Of a DNA stretch of 64,000 nucleotides, positions 10,208 through 19,957 are shown piece after piece (within the stretch, counting starts at the first letter, position 1; every line of letters starts with the position of its first letter). The stretch spans positions 16,002-80,001 of the forward strand of contig WHHJ01000001.1 of NCBI GenBank assembly GCA_014872655.1. Reading direction: 5' to 3'. Origin of the DNA: Clostridia bacterium (GTDB taxonomy: Bacteria; Bacillota; Clostridia; Oscillospirales; UBA644). Both the position numbers and the translations under genes were made by a program. The notes beneath the pieces are model-generated. The model was not told where the DNA came from. It saw only the letters and a program-made list of their open reading frames with translations, and ran no database searches.

Positions 10208-11380
10208 GTGATCGATTTGAAACGATTTTCAATCAGACGTCAAAAATATATCAATGCAATTACGTTTTTTATAACCGTGTTGGGTATTGCGGGGTTGGTG
10301 GTGGCTCCGGACCGAACTTCTGATGCGGCTGCGGACGGGATTTCTGTTTGTTTGAATACGGTGGTTCCGTCTTTGTTTCCGTTTTTTGTATTTTCTTCTT
10401 TGTTTATTGGGTTAGGATTTGCGCAAAAAATCGGCCGAAGAACCGAGTGGTTGATGCGGCCACTTTTTCATGTGAACGGAGCGTGTTCCGGAATTTTTGT
10501 TTTAGGATTGATTTCGGGATTTCCGGTTGGTGCGAAAACGGCAGTAAAATTATATCAGAGCGGGGGCTGTTCAAAGGTAGAAGCGGAGCGAATGTTGGCA
10601 TTTTGCAATAATGCGGGTCCTGCGTTTGTTTTGGGGACCGTGGGAATGGGCATTTGGAATAGCCCTTCTGCCGGATGGATTTTATTGAGTTCTCAGATAG
10701 CCGCTTCTGTATTGACGGGAATCTTATTTTCTCGAATTTGGCGCAGCAGCAGCCAGGATCGCTTTTCTCCGGCAGTATTATCACAACCAAAACAGGAGCG
10801 GCGTCCCTTTTTCAGCGTTTTTGTTTCATCGGTTCGGGACGCGGCAGTCAGTATGGTATATATCTGCGCTTTTATCATTTTTTTTGCCGTGATTATTTCC
10901 ATGTTGCAAGGATTTGGAATCATTCCCGCGTTGGCAAAAGGAATCTGTGCGATATTTCCGTTTGATTTGCAAACGGTAGAGAATGCCCTCGCGGGAGTTT
11001 TTGAGATGACTACGGGGGTACGCATGGTCGGAAATGCGGCTCCGGTCATTCGCAGTTTAACGCTTACCGGCGCCATTTTGGGTTGGGCCGGATTTTCGGT
11101 ACATTGTCAGGTTTTAACGTTTGTGTATGAAAGCGGGCTGAGTACTGCCCCGTACTTTTGGGGCAAAATCTTGCAGACCGTTTTTTCGGGATTGTTCACG
11201 TTCTTGCTTTCCTGGCTGTTTCATTTGGATTCTGTTCAGACTTTAAGTCAAGCTGTTCCGGCCTTTTCTTCTTCGTTTGTTTTCTCGTATCGCTATATGT
11301 TGTTTTCCGTTTGTATTGGGGTTGCTTTGATGTGTTTTGGCTCTTTGTTTGTGCTTCTTGTTCAAAACCGAAAAAATTAG
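10208..11380 (+). CDS. ylbJ: sporulation integral membrane protein YlbJ (nucleoside-recognition/Gate-domain family)
   Basis: Polytopic membrane protein with VVPSLFPFF and AFCNNAGPAFVLGTVG motifs typical of YlbJ. The start is uncertain (GTG 10208 or TTG 10217). The ORF-track start at 10070 overlaps the divergent esterase gene. Confidence 0.7.
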   Translation: MIDLKRFSIRRQKYINAITFFITVLGIAGLVVAPDRTSDAAADGISVCLNTVVPSLFPFFVFSSLFIGLGFAQKIGRRTEWLMRPLFHVNGACSGIFVLGLISGFPVGAKTAVKLYQSGGCSKVEAERMLAFCNNAGPAFVLGTVGMGIWNSPSAGWILLSSQIAASVLTGILFSRIWRSSSQDRFSPAVLSQPKQERRPFFSVFVSSVRDAAVSMVYICAFIIFFAVIISMLQGFGIIPALAKGICAIFPFDLQTVENALAGVFEMTTGVRMVGNAAPVIRSLTLTGAILGWAGFSVHCQVLTFVYESGLSTAPYFWGKILQTVFSGLFTFLLSWLFHLDSVQTLSQAVPAFSSSFVFSYRYMLFSVCIGVALMCFGSLFVLLVQNRKN

Positions 11381-11391
11381 GAAAAATGCAC

Positions 11392-11420
11392 TTGACAAGC
11401 GTAAATAAATGTGCTAAACT
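11392..11420 (+). promoter_or_regulatory. sigma-A-type promoter upstream of the glycyl-radical enzyme operon
   Basis: TTGACA, 17 nt, TAAACT with a TG-extended -10 (TGTGCTAAACT). Confidence 0.5.
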
Positions 11421-11487
11421 GCCCTTGATATTAGAACATATAATAAGAAATTTTTTTAAAAAAAATTTTTGAGAAAAGGGTAGCAAT

Positions 11488-12420
11488 ATGGAGCAGACGG
11501 GTGTCGTGTTCGACATTCAGAAATTTTCTATTCATGACGGGTATGGGATTCGTACGACAGTCTTTTTAAAGGGCTGTAACAACCGGTGCCTGTGGTGCCA
11601 TAATCCGGAGTCTTTATCCATGCGGCCGCAACTACAGTTTACGGCAAGCCGGTGTATCGGATGCGGCGCCTGTGCACGGGTTTGCAAACACGGCGTGTTC
11701 AGCCCGGACGGAAGTTTATTGGCAGATCGGTGCGTGCATTGCGGAGATTGTGCAGAAGTTTGTTGTACCAAAGCTCGGCAAATAATCGGCAAAACGATGA
11801 CGGTGGATGAAGTCTTTGCTCAGATTGAAGCCGATCGGGATTTTTATAACAATACCGGAGGCGGCGTTACTTTTTCGGGCGGAGAACCGATGCTGCAGGC
11901 GGATTTTGTAGCGGCGGTTGCTAAAAAGTGCCGCGAGACAGGTATTGATGTATGTATTCAAACGGCATGCAATGTGCCGTATTCGGAATTTGAAAAAGTT
12001 CTACCGTATACGGATACGATGATGTGTGATTTTAAAGTGTTTGATGATACATTGCATCAAAAATATGTTGGCGTTTCTAACGTTCGCATTATGGAAAATT
12101 TACAGCGGCTGGCTTCAGAAAATGTGCGGTTGATTGTTCGGACGCCGATTGTCGGCGGGGTGAATGATACGTCGGAAGAGGTTGAGCAGATCAGTCGGTT
12201 TATTCAGCCGTTTGCGAATTTGGATTATTATGAATTGTTACGGTATCATGCTTACGGTTTAGGAAAGTTGGAAGGGCTTCAGATGTCGTTTGGCCAGGAG
12301 TTTGAGGTGCCGACCGAAGAGCAAATGAAACAGTTGACAGATATCGCAAAACAGTATATTTCAAGAGTGAAAAGTTGTGTTTCCGAGCTGGAACCAGCCG
12401 GAAGTAGTTTGGGGGAGTGA
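11488..12420 (+). CDS. glycyl-radical enzyme activating protein (radical SAM, PflA-like with extra ferredoxin clusters)
   Basis: DGYGIRT, then CNNRCLWCHNPE (CX3CX2C radical SAM). Two auxiliary motifs, CIGCGACARVC and CVHCGDCAEVC. GGVTFSGGEP SAM-binding motif. Confidence 0.92.
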   Translation: MEQTGVVFDIQKFSIHDGYGIRTTVFLKGCNNRCLWCHNPESLSMRPQLQFTASRCIGCGACARVCKHGVFSPDGSLLADRCVHCGDCAEVCCTKARQIIGKTMTVDEVFAQIEADRDFYNNTGGGVTFSGGEPMLQADFVAAVAKKCRETGIDVCIQTACNVPYSEFEKVLPYTDTMMCDFKVFDDTLHQKYVGVSNVRIMENLQRLASENVRLIVRTPIVGGVNDTSEEVEQISRFIQPFANLDYYELLRYHAYGLGKLEGLQMSFGQEFEVPTEEQMKQLTDIAKQYISRVKSCVSELEPAGSSLGE

Positions 12421-12422
12421 AT

Positions 12423-14537
12423 ATGATTCAAAGATTGTCAGATAAAACGCGTGAAATGGCTTATGAGGCTTTATTAGGTAAATGGGGTAAACAACTGATT
12501 CCCACGCCGATTGTGCTGACGGAACAAGAGGAGCAACAGTATCCGGACGTGGGTGATATGGTGTATGCGCTGGGGGTAAAGCATATTGCGCAGGAAGCCC
12601 CAATCCGGATTACGCCGGACGAGCTTTTGGTGGGGGCCACGACCTTGAAAGAAGGCCCGTGGCACCAGGTTCCGGTTCGCAGACGAAACGGAAACATCTT
12701 GACAGACAGTATTTCGCATGTTACGCTTGGCTTTGACGAGGTGCTGAAAATCGGATATCGCGGGCTGCGGTCGCATGTTGAGAACCGGTTGTCTCGCCGT
12801 GGTGATTTAGATGAAAAACAAGTTGAATTTTTACAGGCTTGTTTGGTGACTTTGGACGCGATGCAGATTTGGCATACGCGGTATATGCAGCTTCTGGATG
12901 AACGGATATCACAGAGCGAAGGCGAACAGAAGACACATTATGAACAAATCCGGGAAAATCTAAAAGATGTTCCAGAAAATCCGCCGAAAAATTTCCGTGA
13001 GGCGATTCAGTCCTTATGGTTTATGTTTGCTTGGCAGCGGCAGTGTGGGAACTGGCCCGGAATCGGAAGAATCGATGTGATGCTGGGCGATTTTCTCAAA
13101 CAGGACCTTGCAGACGGAACGATTACGCTGGATGAAGCGCGCGAGTATGTGGCGCATTTTTGGATCAAAGGTTGTGAATGGATCGGAGAATCCGGTTTAT
13201 TTGATGGATCCGGAGATGGTCAGCACTATCAAAACATCATTTTGTCCGGTGTGGATGAAGACGGCAAGGATATTGAAAACGAGATGACCTTTTTGGTCTT
13301 GGACGTGGTCGAGGAAACATTGATCAGCGATTTTCCGGTGTCCGTCCGGATTAGCAAGCGCACCTCGGAAAAACTGTTCCGCCGGATTGCCGAGGTACAG
13401 CGTTTGGGGACCGGTACGATTGCAGTTTATAATAATGATTTTGTCATTGACTCTTTGGTTAAATTCGGATATGATTTGAAAGAGGCCCGCAATTTTGCAA
13501 ATGACGGTTGTTGGGAAATTCAAATCCCGGGTAAAACGTGTTTTTCTTATCATCCGTTGGATACGGTAATGATGCTGGATGAAGCATTGGGGTTGCATTC
13601 GGATGAAATTCCGGATTATCAGTCTTTTGAAGAAGTTTATGCGGCTTATGACGCGATTGTACAAAAAAACATTCAAACGCTGATGGACGGAGCCGATCAG
13701 TACGGCCGGACCGGACGGTATAATACGTGTGTATCCTTGTTTACTGAGGGCTGTATTGAAAATGCGCGCGGATATTTTCAGCGCGGAGCAAAATATTATG
13801 TTTTGTCTCCCCATATGGCCAGTGTGGGCAGCGTTGCGGATTCGCTTTATTGTATCAAGAAATTTGTATTTGATGAAAAATTGCTCACGTTTCAAAAGTT
13901 GGTTACTTGCCTTAAAAATAACTGGGAAGGCGAAGAACCTCTGCGTCAGTGGATTCTGAACCATTTTGAAGGATTTGGAAACGCCAATCCTGAAGCGGAT
14001 GCAATGGCTCGCAGAGTCTTGCATGATTTTGCACGTTTTCAGACAGAGGTGAAGGTGCGGGACGGGGTTCTGCGTCCGGCTGGCGTCAGCACATTTGGCC
14101 GAGAGATTTCTTGGCGCGGGCAGAGAATGGCACAGGCAGACGGTCATAAAGCACATGATATCTTATCTGCGAATATTACGCCTGCAGTTGGTCAGGATAA
14201 GATGGGCCCGACAGCAATTTTGACCTCTGTTGGTTCGTTGGGATTAGATTGTATTGCAAACGGAACGGCGCTGGATCTGAAAATTTGTCCGGGCAGTATT
14301 GAAGGCGAAGACGGGCTTCAGGCGATGATTGGGTTGTATAAGACCTTTATTGATAAAGGATGTATTTTTACCCATATCAATGTGGTAGATGATAAGGTTT
14401 TGCGGGATGCCGTCATTCATCCGGATCTGTATCAGACGTTGGCGGTGCGTGTTTCCGGTTGGTGTGCAAGATTTGTTACCTTGTCTCCGGAGTGGCAAGA
14501 AATGATTATCAAGCGGAACATGCAGACAAAAGCATAA
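12423..14537 (+). CDS. glycyl radical enzyme (PFL2/dehydratase-lyase class), substrate unknown
   Basis: About 704 aa. Cys loop FANDGCWEIQIPG (Cys codon 13509-13511, with Glu two residues on). C-terminal glycyl radical motif AVRVSGWCARF (Gly codon 14457-14459). GGGGAG SD precedes ATG 12423, and the frame is also open from GTG 12417. Confidence 0.9.
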   Translation: MIQRLSDKTREMAYEALLGKWGKQLIPTPIVLTEQEEQQYPDVGDMVYALGVKHIAQEAPIRITPDELLVGATTLKEGPWHQVPVRRRNGNILTDSISHVTLGFDEVLKIGYRGLRSHVENRLSRRGDLDEKQVEFLQACLVTLDAMQIWHTRYMQLLDERISQSEGEQKTHYEQIRENLKDVPENPPKNFREAIQSLWFMFAWQRQCGNWPGIGRIDVMLGDFLKQDLADGTITLDEAREYVAHFWIKGCEWIGESGLFDGSGDGQHYQNIILSGVDEDGKDIENEMTFLVLDVVEETLISDFPVSVRISKRTSEKLFRRIAEVQRLGTGTIAVYNNDFVIDSLVKFGYDLKEARNFANDGCWEIQIPGKTCFSYHPLDTVMMLDEALGLHSDEIPDYQSFEEVYAAYDAIVQKNIQTLMDGADQYGRTGRYNTCVSLFTEGCIENARGYFQRGAKYYVLSPHMASVGSVADSLYCIKKFVFDEKLLTFQKLVTCLKNNWEGEEPLRQWILNHFEGFGNANPEADAMARRVLHDFARFQTEVKVRDGVLRPAGVSTFGREISWRGQRMAQADGHKAHDILSANITPAVGQDKMGPTAILTSVGSLGLDCIANGTALDLKICPGSIEGEDGLQAMIGLYKTFIDKGCIFTHINVVDDKVLRDAVIHPDLYQTLAVRVSGWCARFVTLSPEWQEMIIKRNMQTKA

Positions 14538-14548
14538 AGGTTTATTTT

Positions 14549-14584
14549 ACAGATCGTGCACCCATGTGTACGATCTGTCTTGTT
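14549..14584 (+). terminator. strong hairpin between the GRE gene and helD (terminator or attenuator, weak U-tract)
   Basis: 13 bp stem ACAGATCGTGCAC / GTGTACGATCTGT (one G-U pair), 4 nt loop, followed by CTTGTT. Confidence 0.45.
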
Positions 14585-14597
14585 GGAGAGGGTTTTT

Positions 14598-16733
14598 ATG
14601 GATATAACACAACAGGAACAGCAGCATTTATCGCAAGTTTTGGATTATATTCGCCGACAGCTGGGTGATTATCAGCAAAGCGGAAAAGATTTGCGTGCGT
14701 ATATTTTGGAACAGCGACGTCGAACCTGGGACGATTTTGCCCGTGCGTCGGAAAATCCGGACGGGTACCAGGAAGTGCTTCAGATCGCGCAGACGGAACA
14801 ACGGGATGTGCAGCGCTTTGAGCGGATTGAAGAACAAAAAAAAGTGCTGGCCATGTTGGCGGATAATCCTTATTTTGCCCGGTTGGACGTCGAGGAAGAC
14901 GGCGACGTGGATACGATGTATATCGGCCGGCGCGCGCTGGTGCAGGAGGAGACTTCTGATTTGCTTGTCTGCGATTGGCGGTCGGATATTGCGGCGCTGT
15001 TTTATGAGTCCGGATTAGGTAAAACACAGTATTCGGGACCATACGGGAAAATAGATTGTAACTTGCTGCTGCGTCGGCAGTTCCGCATTGAACAGGGAAA
15101 ACTGTTGGCCTGGTTTGACAGCGATATTGCCATTGAAGATGATATCCTGCAGGCACAGCTGGGCAGCGACAGCGATACCAAATTAAAAACGATTGTATCC
15201 ACGATTCAAAAAGAGCAGAATGCCGTGATTCGGAACTTGACTGATCGCCTGGTTTTGGTCAGCGGCGTTGCCGGAAGCGGAAAAACATCGATTGCGCTGC
15301 ATCGGTTGGCCTATTTGATGTATCGCTTGCGCGGAAAACTTTCTTCTGCGGAGATTATCATTTTTTCACCCAACAATGTGTTTAATTCTTATATTGCGGA
15401 CGTATTGCCCGATCTGGGCGAAGAAAAGGTGATCCAGACCAGCATGGTCGAATACTTCGGACGGTATCTTCCCGGTAAAACGGTGTTGTCCGCGACAGAG
15501 CAGGCCGAACGGCTTTTGCACCATCGTACGGATCCGGCGGAAATTGTCCAGAAAGGGTCCGAAGAATTTCGTTTGCATTTGCAACGCTTTTTTGAGGCTC
15601 ATGCGGCGGAGTATGTCCGGCCACAGGATTTGATGTATTATGACGAGGTTGTTTATACGCAGCAGCAGTTGTATACACTGTATTTTGAAGAATGCCGCGC
15701 GTACAAGCCGGCGATCCGTGTTCGGAAAATTCTGGATGGGTTAGAGGAGTATTTGGAAACAACTTTTCGGGGCACCCGAGACAAGCAGTATCAGTTGCAG
15801 GTAACCGAAAACGGCGCGATTGCCTTTACGGACGAGGAACTGCAGCAGGAAATAGAAGCCTGTTGGCAAGCGGATAAAAACCGTATCTTACAGCAGGCCC
15901 GTCAGATGTTGCAGGTTGATGTGTATCGGATGTATGTGCAGGCTTTGAAAGAAATTTCCGGCCCAATGGCCGAGCAGTGTCGGCAGTTGTTTGCACAAAA
16001 TCAGGTTCGGTATGAGGATTTGTTTGCCCTGTGCTATTTGTTGTTTTTGTGCGGAAGTTTACCGACGTGTCCTAAAATTAAGCATGTGGTAGTGGATGAG
16101 GCACAGGATTATCCGCCGCTTGTTTATCGGTTGATGGCTCAGGTGTTCTCTGGGGCGTCTCATACCGTTTTAGGCGATTTGAATCAGGCGTTTTTGCCGC
16201 ATTTTGAGCAATTGAAACAAATTGCGTTATGTTACGAACCGATTTCGGCACGTTATTTTGAATTGCATAAAAGTTATCGCTCGACGATCGAGATCAATAC
16301 GTATTTGTCGGGGATTGTGAGCAATGGTGCGGATATGACGTTCTTTGCCCGTCACGGCCGGCCGGTACAGACCGTTTCATGTAGTCAATTGGAGCAGGTA
16401 GTAAAAGAGTTGGCTGCGTTTCGGTCCAAAGCTGTTGTTTGTAAGGATGAGGAAGAATGTCAGTGCGTTTATCAGCGATTGAAGGCGGCTGGGATTTCCA
16501 CGACGTTGTTGGGCAGCGAGGATATTTTATATCCGGACCGAACGGTTGTGGTGGCTTCGTATTTGACGAAGGGGCTTGAATTCGATGCGGTTGTCGTGGC
16601 GGACGCATCTGAGAAAAATTGGGCGACGCCGATGGAAAAACAGGCCTTTTATGTCGGGGCTTCGCGGGCGATGCATGCATTGGTGTTGTGTCGGGATGAC
16701 GAATCAAGCGATATGGATGGATGCAGTCGGTAA
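14598..16733 (+). CDS. helD: HelD-type UvrD-like helicase (RNA polymerase recycling ATPase)
   Basis: N-terminal HelD-like region (NPYFARLDVEEDGD..MYIGRRAL), Walker A GVAGSGKTS, VVVDEAQDY and GLEFDAVVV. GGAGAGG SD precedes ATG 14598. Confidence 0.8.
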   Translation: MDITQQEQQHLSQVLDYIRRQLGDYQQSGKDLRAYILEQRRRTWDDFARASENPDGYQEVLQIAQTEQRDVQRFERIEEQKKVLAMLADNPYFARLDVEEDGDVDTMYIGRRALVQEETSDLLVCDWRSDIAALFYESGLGKTQYSGPYGKIDCNLLLRRQFRIEQGKLLAWFDSDIAIEDDILQAQLGSDSDTKLKTIVSTIQKEQNAVIRNLTDRLVLVSGVAGSGKTSIALHRLAYLMYRLRGKLSSAEIIIFSPNNVFNSYIADVLPDLGEEKVIQTSMVEYFGRYLPGKTVLSATEQAERLLHHRTDPAEIVQKGSEEFRLHLQRFFEAHAAEYVRPQDLMYYDEVVYTQQQLYTLYFEECRAYKPAIRVRKILDGLEEYLETTFRGTRDKQYQLQVTENGAIAFTDEELQQEIEACWQADKNRILQQARQMLQVDVYRMYVQALKEISGPMAEQCRQLFAQNQVRYEDLFALCYLLFLCGSLPTCPKIKHVVVDEAQDYPPLVYRLMAQVFSGASHTVLGDLNQAFLPHFEQLKQIALCYEPISARYFELHKSYRSTIEINTYLSGIVSNGADMTFFARHGRPVQTVSCSQLEQVVKELAAFRSKAVVCKDEEECQCVYQRLKAAGISTTLLGSEDILYPDRTVVVASYLTKGLEFDAVVVADASEKNWATPMEKQAFYVGASRAMHALVLCRDDESSDMDGCSR

Positions 16734-16866
16734 GGCCAATCTTTTACAAAGACGGTATTAAAGTGCAAAAAGTCTTTGTTTGAGGCGTTTCTTCGATTTC
16801 GGATGAGGTTAGGGCGCCTCGATTGAATTGGAGATTTTGAATGGTGTGATAATATTTGCAGAATAC

Positions 16867-16902
16867 AAAACCGGACTCTCCGATTAAAGAGTGTCCGGTT
16901 TT
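16867..16902. terminator. bidirectional terminator between the convergent helD and ppk genes
   Basis: AAAA-CCGGAC...GTCCGG-TTTT hairpin with flanking A and T runs. Confidence 0.75.
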
Positions 16903-16911
16903 ATGTTGTGT

Positions 16912-19011
16912 TTACTTGTGAAATAAACGAGAAAACCATGATTTTATAAAGGATTTGGGCTGAAGCGGACGAGGTAATTTCGGCGCGTGCCAGAGCAGTT
17001 GGTCTTGGCTGTCTATTTTGTCTTTGGCCGCATAGATCGGGGTATACGTGCCATCACTTTTCATTTGCCGCCCTTTTGCGGTATCCGACAAGAGTAAATC
17101 CATGTAGTCCAACAGCATTTTTCGGATATCCGGATCCAGGACCGGGCAGGCGATTTCTACACGGCGGGTTTGGTTGCGTGTCATCAGATCCGCCGATGAA
17201 ATGTATAACTTCATCTCCGGCCCCTCGCCGAATGCATAAATGCGAGAGTGTTCCAACAGTCTGCCGACGATACTGGTGATAGTAATATTGTCGGTTTTTC
17301 CGCCGATTCCCGGCAAGATGCAGCAAATACCCCGGATGACCATGGTAATTTTGGCTCCGCATTGCGACGCGTATGCTAAATGATCGATCATGTCTCGTTC
17401 GGTTACCGAATTGGCTTTGATAAAAATGCGGCCTTGTGCTCCTTTTACGGCTTCTTGGTCAATCATGTGAAGCAACTTGTTTTTCATCTCATTCGGAGCC
17501 ACAAGCAGTTCGTCATATTTTCCGTCCAAGTTGCCGATTAACATGTTTTGAAAAAACTGAACGGCGTCCGCGGCAATATTTTCGTCTGCCGTCATCAAGG
17601 ACAGATCGGTATATAGCTGGGCCGTTTTTTCATTATAGTTTCCGGTTCCAATTTGGGTAATGTAGGACAGGCGACCTTTATTTTTATAAGTAATCAGACA
17701 GATCTTGCTGTGGCATTTATAATTTTCTATCCCATATATAACGCGGCAGCCCGATTCTTCCAATCGTTTGGCCCAGTCAATATTATTTTGTTCGTCAAAA
17801 CGGGCCCGTAGTTCCATCAATACCGTAACTTCTTTGCCGTTTTCGGCGGCTTCACACAAGTATTTTGCAACGGCCGAGTGGGAAGAAAGACGATAAATCG
17901 TGATTTTGATAGAAAGCACGGAGGCATCGTATGCTGATTGTTTGAGCAATTGCAAAAAGGGCGTCATCGAGTGATAGGGATACATCAGCATCACGTCTTT
18001 GAGACGAATCTGATCGGCGATTTTTTCCTTTTCCGTAAAACATGCCGGGATCTCCGGGGTTGCCTTGCGATAGTACAACTCCGGATCAAATCCTTTAAAG
18101 GAGAGCATATATTCTGTCCGAAGCGGACAAATAGAATAATAGACCTGTTTTTTTGGCAAATTCAGGCGTTGTAGCAGTTTTTCTTCCAACGGCCCCTGTT
18201 CGCCTTGAATTTCTAATCGGACGGGGGCGAGTCGATCGCGCTTTTTCAGCAATTTGGACATTTTGCTCATATAATCCGGTGCGTCTTCGTCAAACTTCTC
18301 GTCATCAAAGCTCAGGTCTGCATTGCGTGTGACACAAATGACCGCGGTCTGTTCCGCTTTGTATCCCGGAAAGCAATGTTTGAGCTGCGCACAGATCAGC
18401 GTTTCCATGCGGATGTAGGAACCCGGACGCTGCGGAAATTTTAAAATGGGCTCTGCCGATTGCGGAACCGGGATTATCCCCAGCATCTGATGCTGCCCTT
18501 TCCGGAGTACGGCGGCAACATACAGCGCTTTGTTTTTGAGGTGCGGGAAAGGGTGCCCGGGATCGATAATTTGAGGCGAAAGAATCGGCGCGATAAAGTT
18601 TTTGTAGTATTGATCGGCGTATTTTTTTAATTCTTTATCTAATTGGTCATAGGATAAGTCGATAATTCCATAGGGCTTTAGTCGGGCCATTAAGGTCATG
18701 TATACCGCATCGCGGTAGTGCATCAGTGGCGATACTTTTTCAAAAATGGCACGCAGCTGTTCGACCGGCTTTTTGCCGGATTTGTTATCTTCTTTATCGG
18801 GAACCATGACGGCCAGATCTTCTAAACTGCCAACGCGGATCATAAAAAATTCGTCAAGATTTGTCGAGAAGATAGACAAAAATTTTAACCGCTCCAACAG
18901 CGGTACCGTCTCGTCCGTGGCTTCGTCAAGCACGCGCTTATTAAATTCCAGCCAGCTTAGTTCTCGGTTTTGTGTGTAGGATAAATCGTAGGATTCATCA
19001 ATTTTTGACAT
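16912..19011 (-). CDS. ppk1: polyphosphate kinase 1
   Basis: 699 aa. N-terminal NRELSWLEFNKRVLDEA. Two PLD-like C-terminal domains (KCHSKICLI, LLEHSRIYAF). Confidence 0.92.
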   Translation of the reverse strand: MSKIDESYDLSYTQNRELSWLEFNKRVLDEATDETVPLLERLKFLSIFSTNLDEFFMIRVGSLEDLAVMVPDKEDNKSGKKPVEQLRAIFEKVSPLMHYRDAVYMTLMARLKPYGIIDLSYDQLDKELKKYADQYYKNFIAPILSPQIIDPGHPFPHLKNKALYVAAVLRKGQHQMLGIIPVPQSAEPILKFPQRPGSYIRMETLICAQLKHCFPGYKAEQTAVICVTRNADLSFDDEKFDEDAPDYMSKMSKLLKKRDRLAPVRLEIQGEQGPLEEKLLQRLNLPKKQVYYSICPLRTEYMLSFKGFDPELYYRKATPEIPACFTEKEKIADQIRLKDVMLMYPYHSMTPFLQLLKQSAYDASVLSIKITIYRLSSHSAVAKYLCEAAENGKEVTVLMELRARFDEQNNIDWAKRLEESGCRVIYGIENYKCHSKICLITYKNKGRLSYITQIGTGNYNEKTAQLYTDLSLMTADENIAADAVQFFQNMLIGNLDGKYDELLVAPNEMKNKLLHMIDQEAVKGAQGRIFIKANSVTERDMIDHLAYASQCGAKITMVIRGICCILPGIGGKTDNITITSIVGRLLEHSRIYAFGEGPEMKLYISSADLMTRNQTRRVEIACPVLDPDIRKMLLDYMDLLLSDTAKGRQMKSDGTYTPIYAAKDKIDSQDQLLWHAPKLPRPLQPKSFIKSWFSRLFHK

Positions 19012-19871
19012 AGGTACCCCTCTCTGACGCCGTACTTGCTGATGACGAGCTTGCTGCTGTCAAATCGTTTGATTAATTTGGAGATAATCAGCATGCCCGG
19101 GATAATGGTATGGATTCTGTCGGGACAGTTTTTCAGAATCAAATCTTTGGCTTTCTTTTCGTCTTTTAACAAAATGTGTTTGATTTTGAGAAATTCGGCG
19201 CGGTCGATTTCGGACGACTGCTTGTCAAATAAATCGTTTGAAATCTTCAGCAGGGCCCGTGCCGTCCCACCGACCCCGCAAAGAATATCGGCTTGTGCAG
19301 ATTGTTGTTCTGCAAGAACTTGGTCTATTTTGTTTTTGATGTTTTTCAGTTCCTGTTTTTTAGGTAGTAAATGGGATACGTTTTCTTTAAACAACGTCAG
19401 ACAGCCAACTTGAAAACTTTTTGCGGAAGTGATAACATCTTGGTCTAATAATACGATTTCCGTACTGCCGCCGCCAATATCAAATATGGCGTTTACGTTT
19501 TGAGTAACGGCTTTTAATGCCCCTTTGCAGCCGTATTCGGCTTCCGTTTTTCCGGCAATGACGTCTACTTCGATCCCGGTATGTTGTTTGATATATTCTA
19601 CCGCTTCATCCGTATTGGTGATGTTGCGCAGCGAGGCCGTTGCAAAAACGGAAAAATTGTTAATTTCAAGATTTTTTAAGATGTCCGAAAAGTTTAAGAG
19701 TATATCGCAGGCCTTTTGCATGCCGTCTTGTGACATTTGGCCGTCTATGATATATCCGGCAAGCCCTGCCGTTTCTTTTTCCGAAAACAGTAAGTGGAAG
19801 GCGTCTGCATCGGTATTGTATACAGACAGCCGAACGGTATTGGAACCTAAATCTACAAGTGCGCGTTTCAT
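18957..19871 (-). CDS. ppx: Ppx/GppA-family exopolyphosphatase
   Basis: ASKHA-fold motifs DLGSNTVRLSVY, DIGGGSTE and CGVGGTARAL. Its 3' end overlaps ppk1 by 55 nt. Confidence 0.85.
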   Translation of the reverse strand: MKRALVDLGSNTVRLSVYNTDADAFHLLFSEKETAGLAGYIIDGQMSQDGMQKACDILLNFSDILKNLEINNFSVFATASLRNITNTDEAVEYIKQHTGIEVDVIAGKTEAEYGCKGALKAVTQNVNAIFDIGGGSTEIVLLDQDVITSAKSFQVGCLTLFKENVSHLLPKKQELKNIKNKIDQVLAEQQSAQADILCGVGGTARALLKISNDLFDKQSSEIDRAEFLKIKHILLKDEKKAKDLILKNCPDRIHTIIPGMLIISKLIKRFDSSKLVISKYGVREGYLCQKLMNPTIYPTHKTEN

Positions 19872-19957
19872 TTTTGTTGTTCTCCTTTTTTTTCATGTTA
19901 CAGTATAGCCGGAAAATGTTAGACAGTCAATCGCAGCAGTGTTAAATCTGTGTTAAA

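Noticed and set aside
13197-14156. 319 aa ORF on the minus strand inside the glycyl-radical enzyme gene
   Set aside because: It is antisense to a frame with unmistakable GRE motifs. It has no SD and a low-complexity, Arg/Ile/Phe-biased composition typical of shadow ORFs.
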